From assembly GCF_009914755.1 (NCBI RefSeq), contig NC_060935.1: 64,000 nucleotides of DNA; one strand, written 5' to 3'. Within the stretch, counting starts at the first letter, position 1, and each line of letters opens with the position of its first letter. The notes beneath the pieces are model-generated. The model was not told the DNA's origin and did not search any database. It was given only the letters and a program-made list of their open reading frames with translations. Of this stretch, positions 63,857 through 64,000 are shown one piece after another. This DNA is from the human T2T-CHM13v2.0 reference genome, Homo sapiens. The position numbers were made by a program, and so were the translations under genes.

Positions 63857-64000
63857 GACCTCTTCAAGGAGAACTACTAAACACTGCCCAAGAAAATTAG
63901 AGAGGACACAAACACATGGAAAAACATTCCATGCTTATGGATAGGAAGAATCAATATCATGAAAATGGCCATACTACCCAAAGAAATTTATAGATTCAAT
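63857..64000 (+). mobile_element. 5'-truncated L1PA ORF2 segment running off the window
   Basis: gacctcttcaaggagaactac...ggaagaatcaatatcatgaaaatggccatact. Confidence 0.9.

Overview
AT-rich, CpG-poor primate (very probably human) genomic DNA, either intergenic or deep within an intron. I see no CpG island, no RNA gene and no recognisable cellular coding gene. Almost every ORF in the track is an Alu, L1, MaLR or Tigger remnant, or a chance ORF. Over half the window is transposon-derived: about 20 Alus, a twin-primed L1PA2/3-type insertion (11188-14714), a near full-length old L1PA15/16-like element, rearranged L1MA and L1M pieces, a complete THE1D provirus with its 5-bp TSD, a near full-length Tigger1, and MLT1/MST/MER34 LTRs, MER, MIR, L2 and CR1 relics. 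Subfamily names come from remembered consensus sequences and need RepeatMasker/Dfam confirmation. I found no convincing new gene system. The most interesting signals are: (1) a zero-spacer head-to-head Alu palindrome centred at 26830/26831; (2) a candidate 33-nt frame-preserving microexon (17926-17958) in a repeat-free, constrained-looking island; (3) several independent templated-insertion or fold-back scars, including a 60-bp copy taken from 2.8 kb away; (4) chimeric ORFs on both strands created by the L1 inversion junction; (5) a dense non-B DNA cluster near 61 kb.
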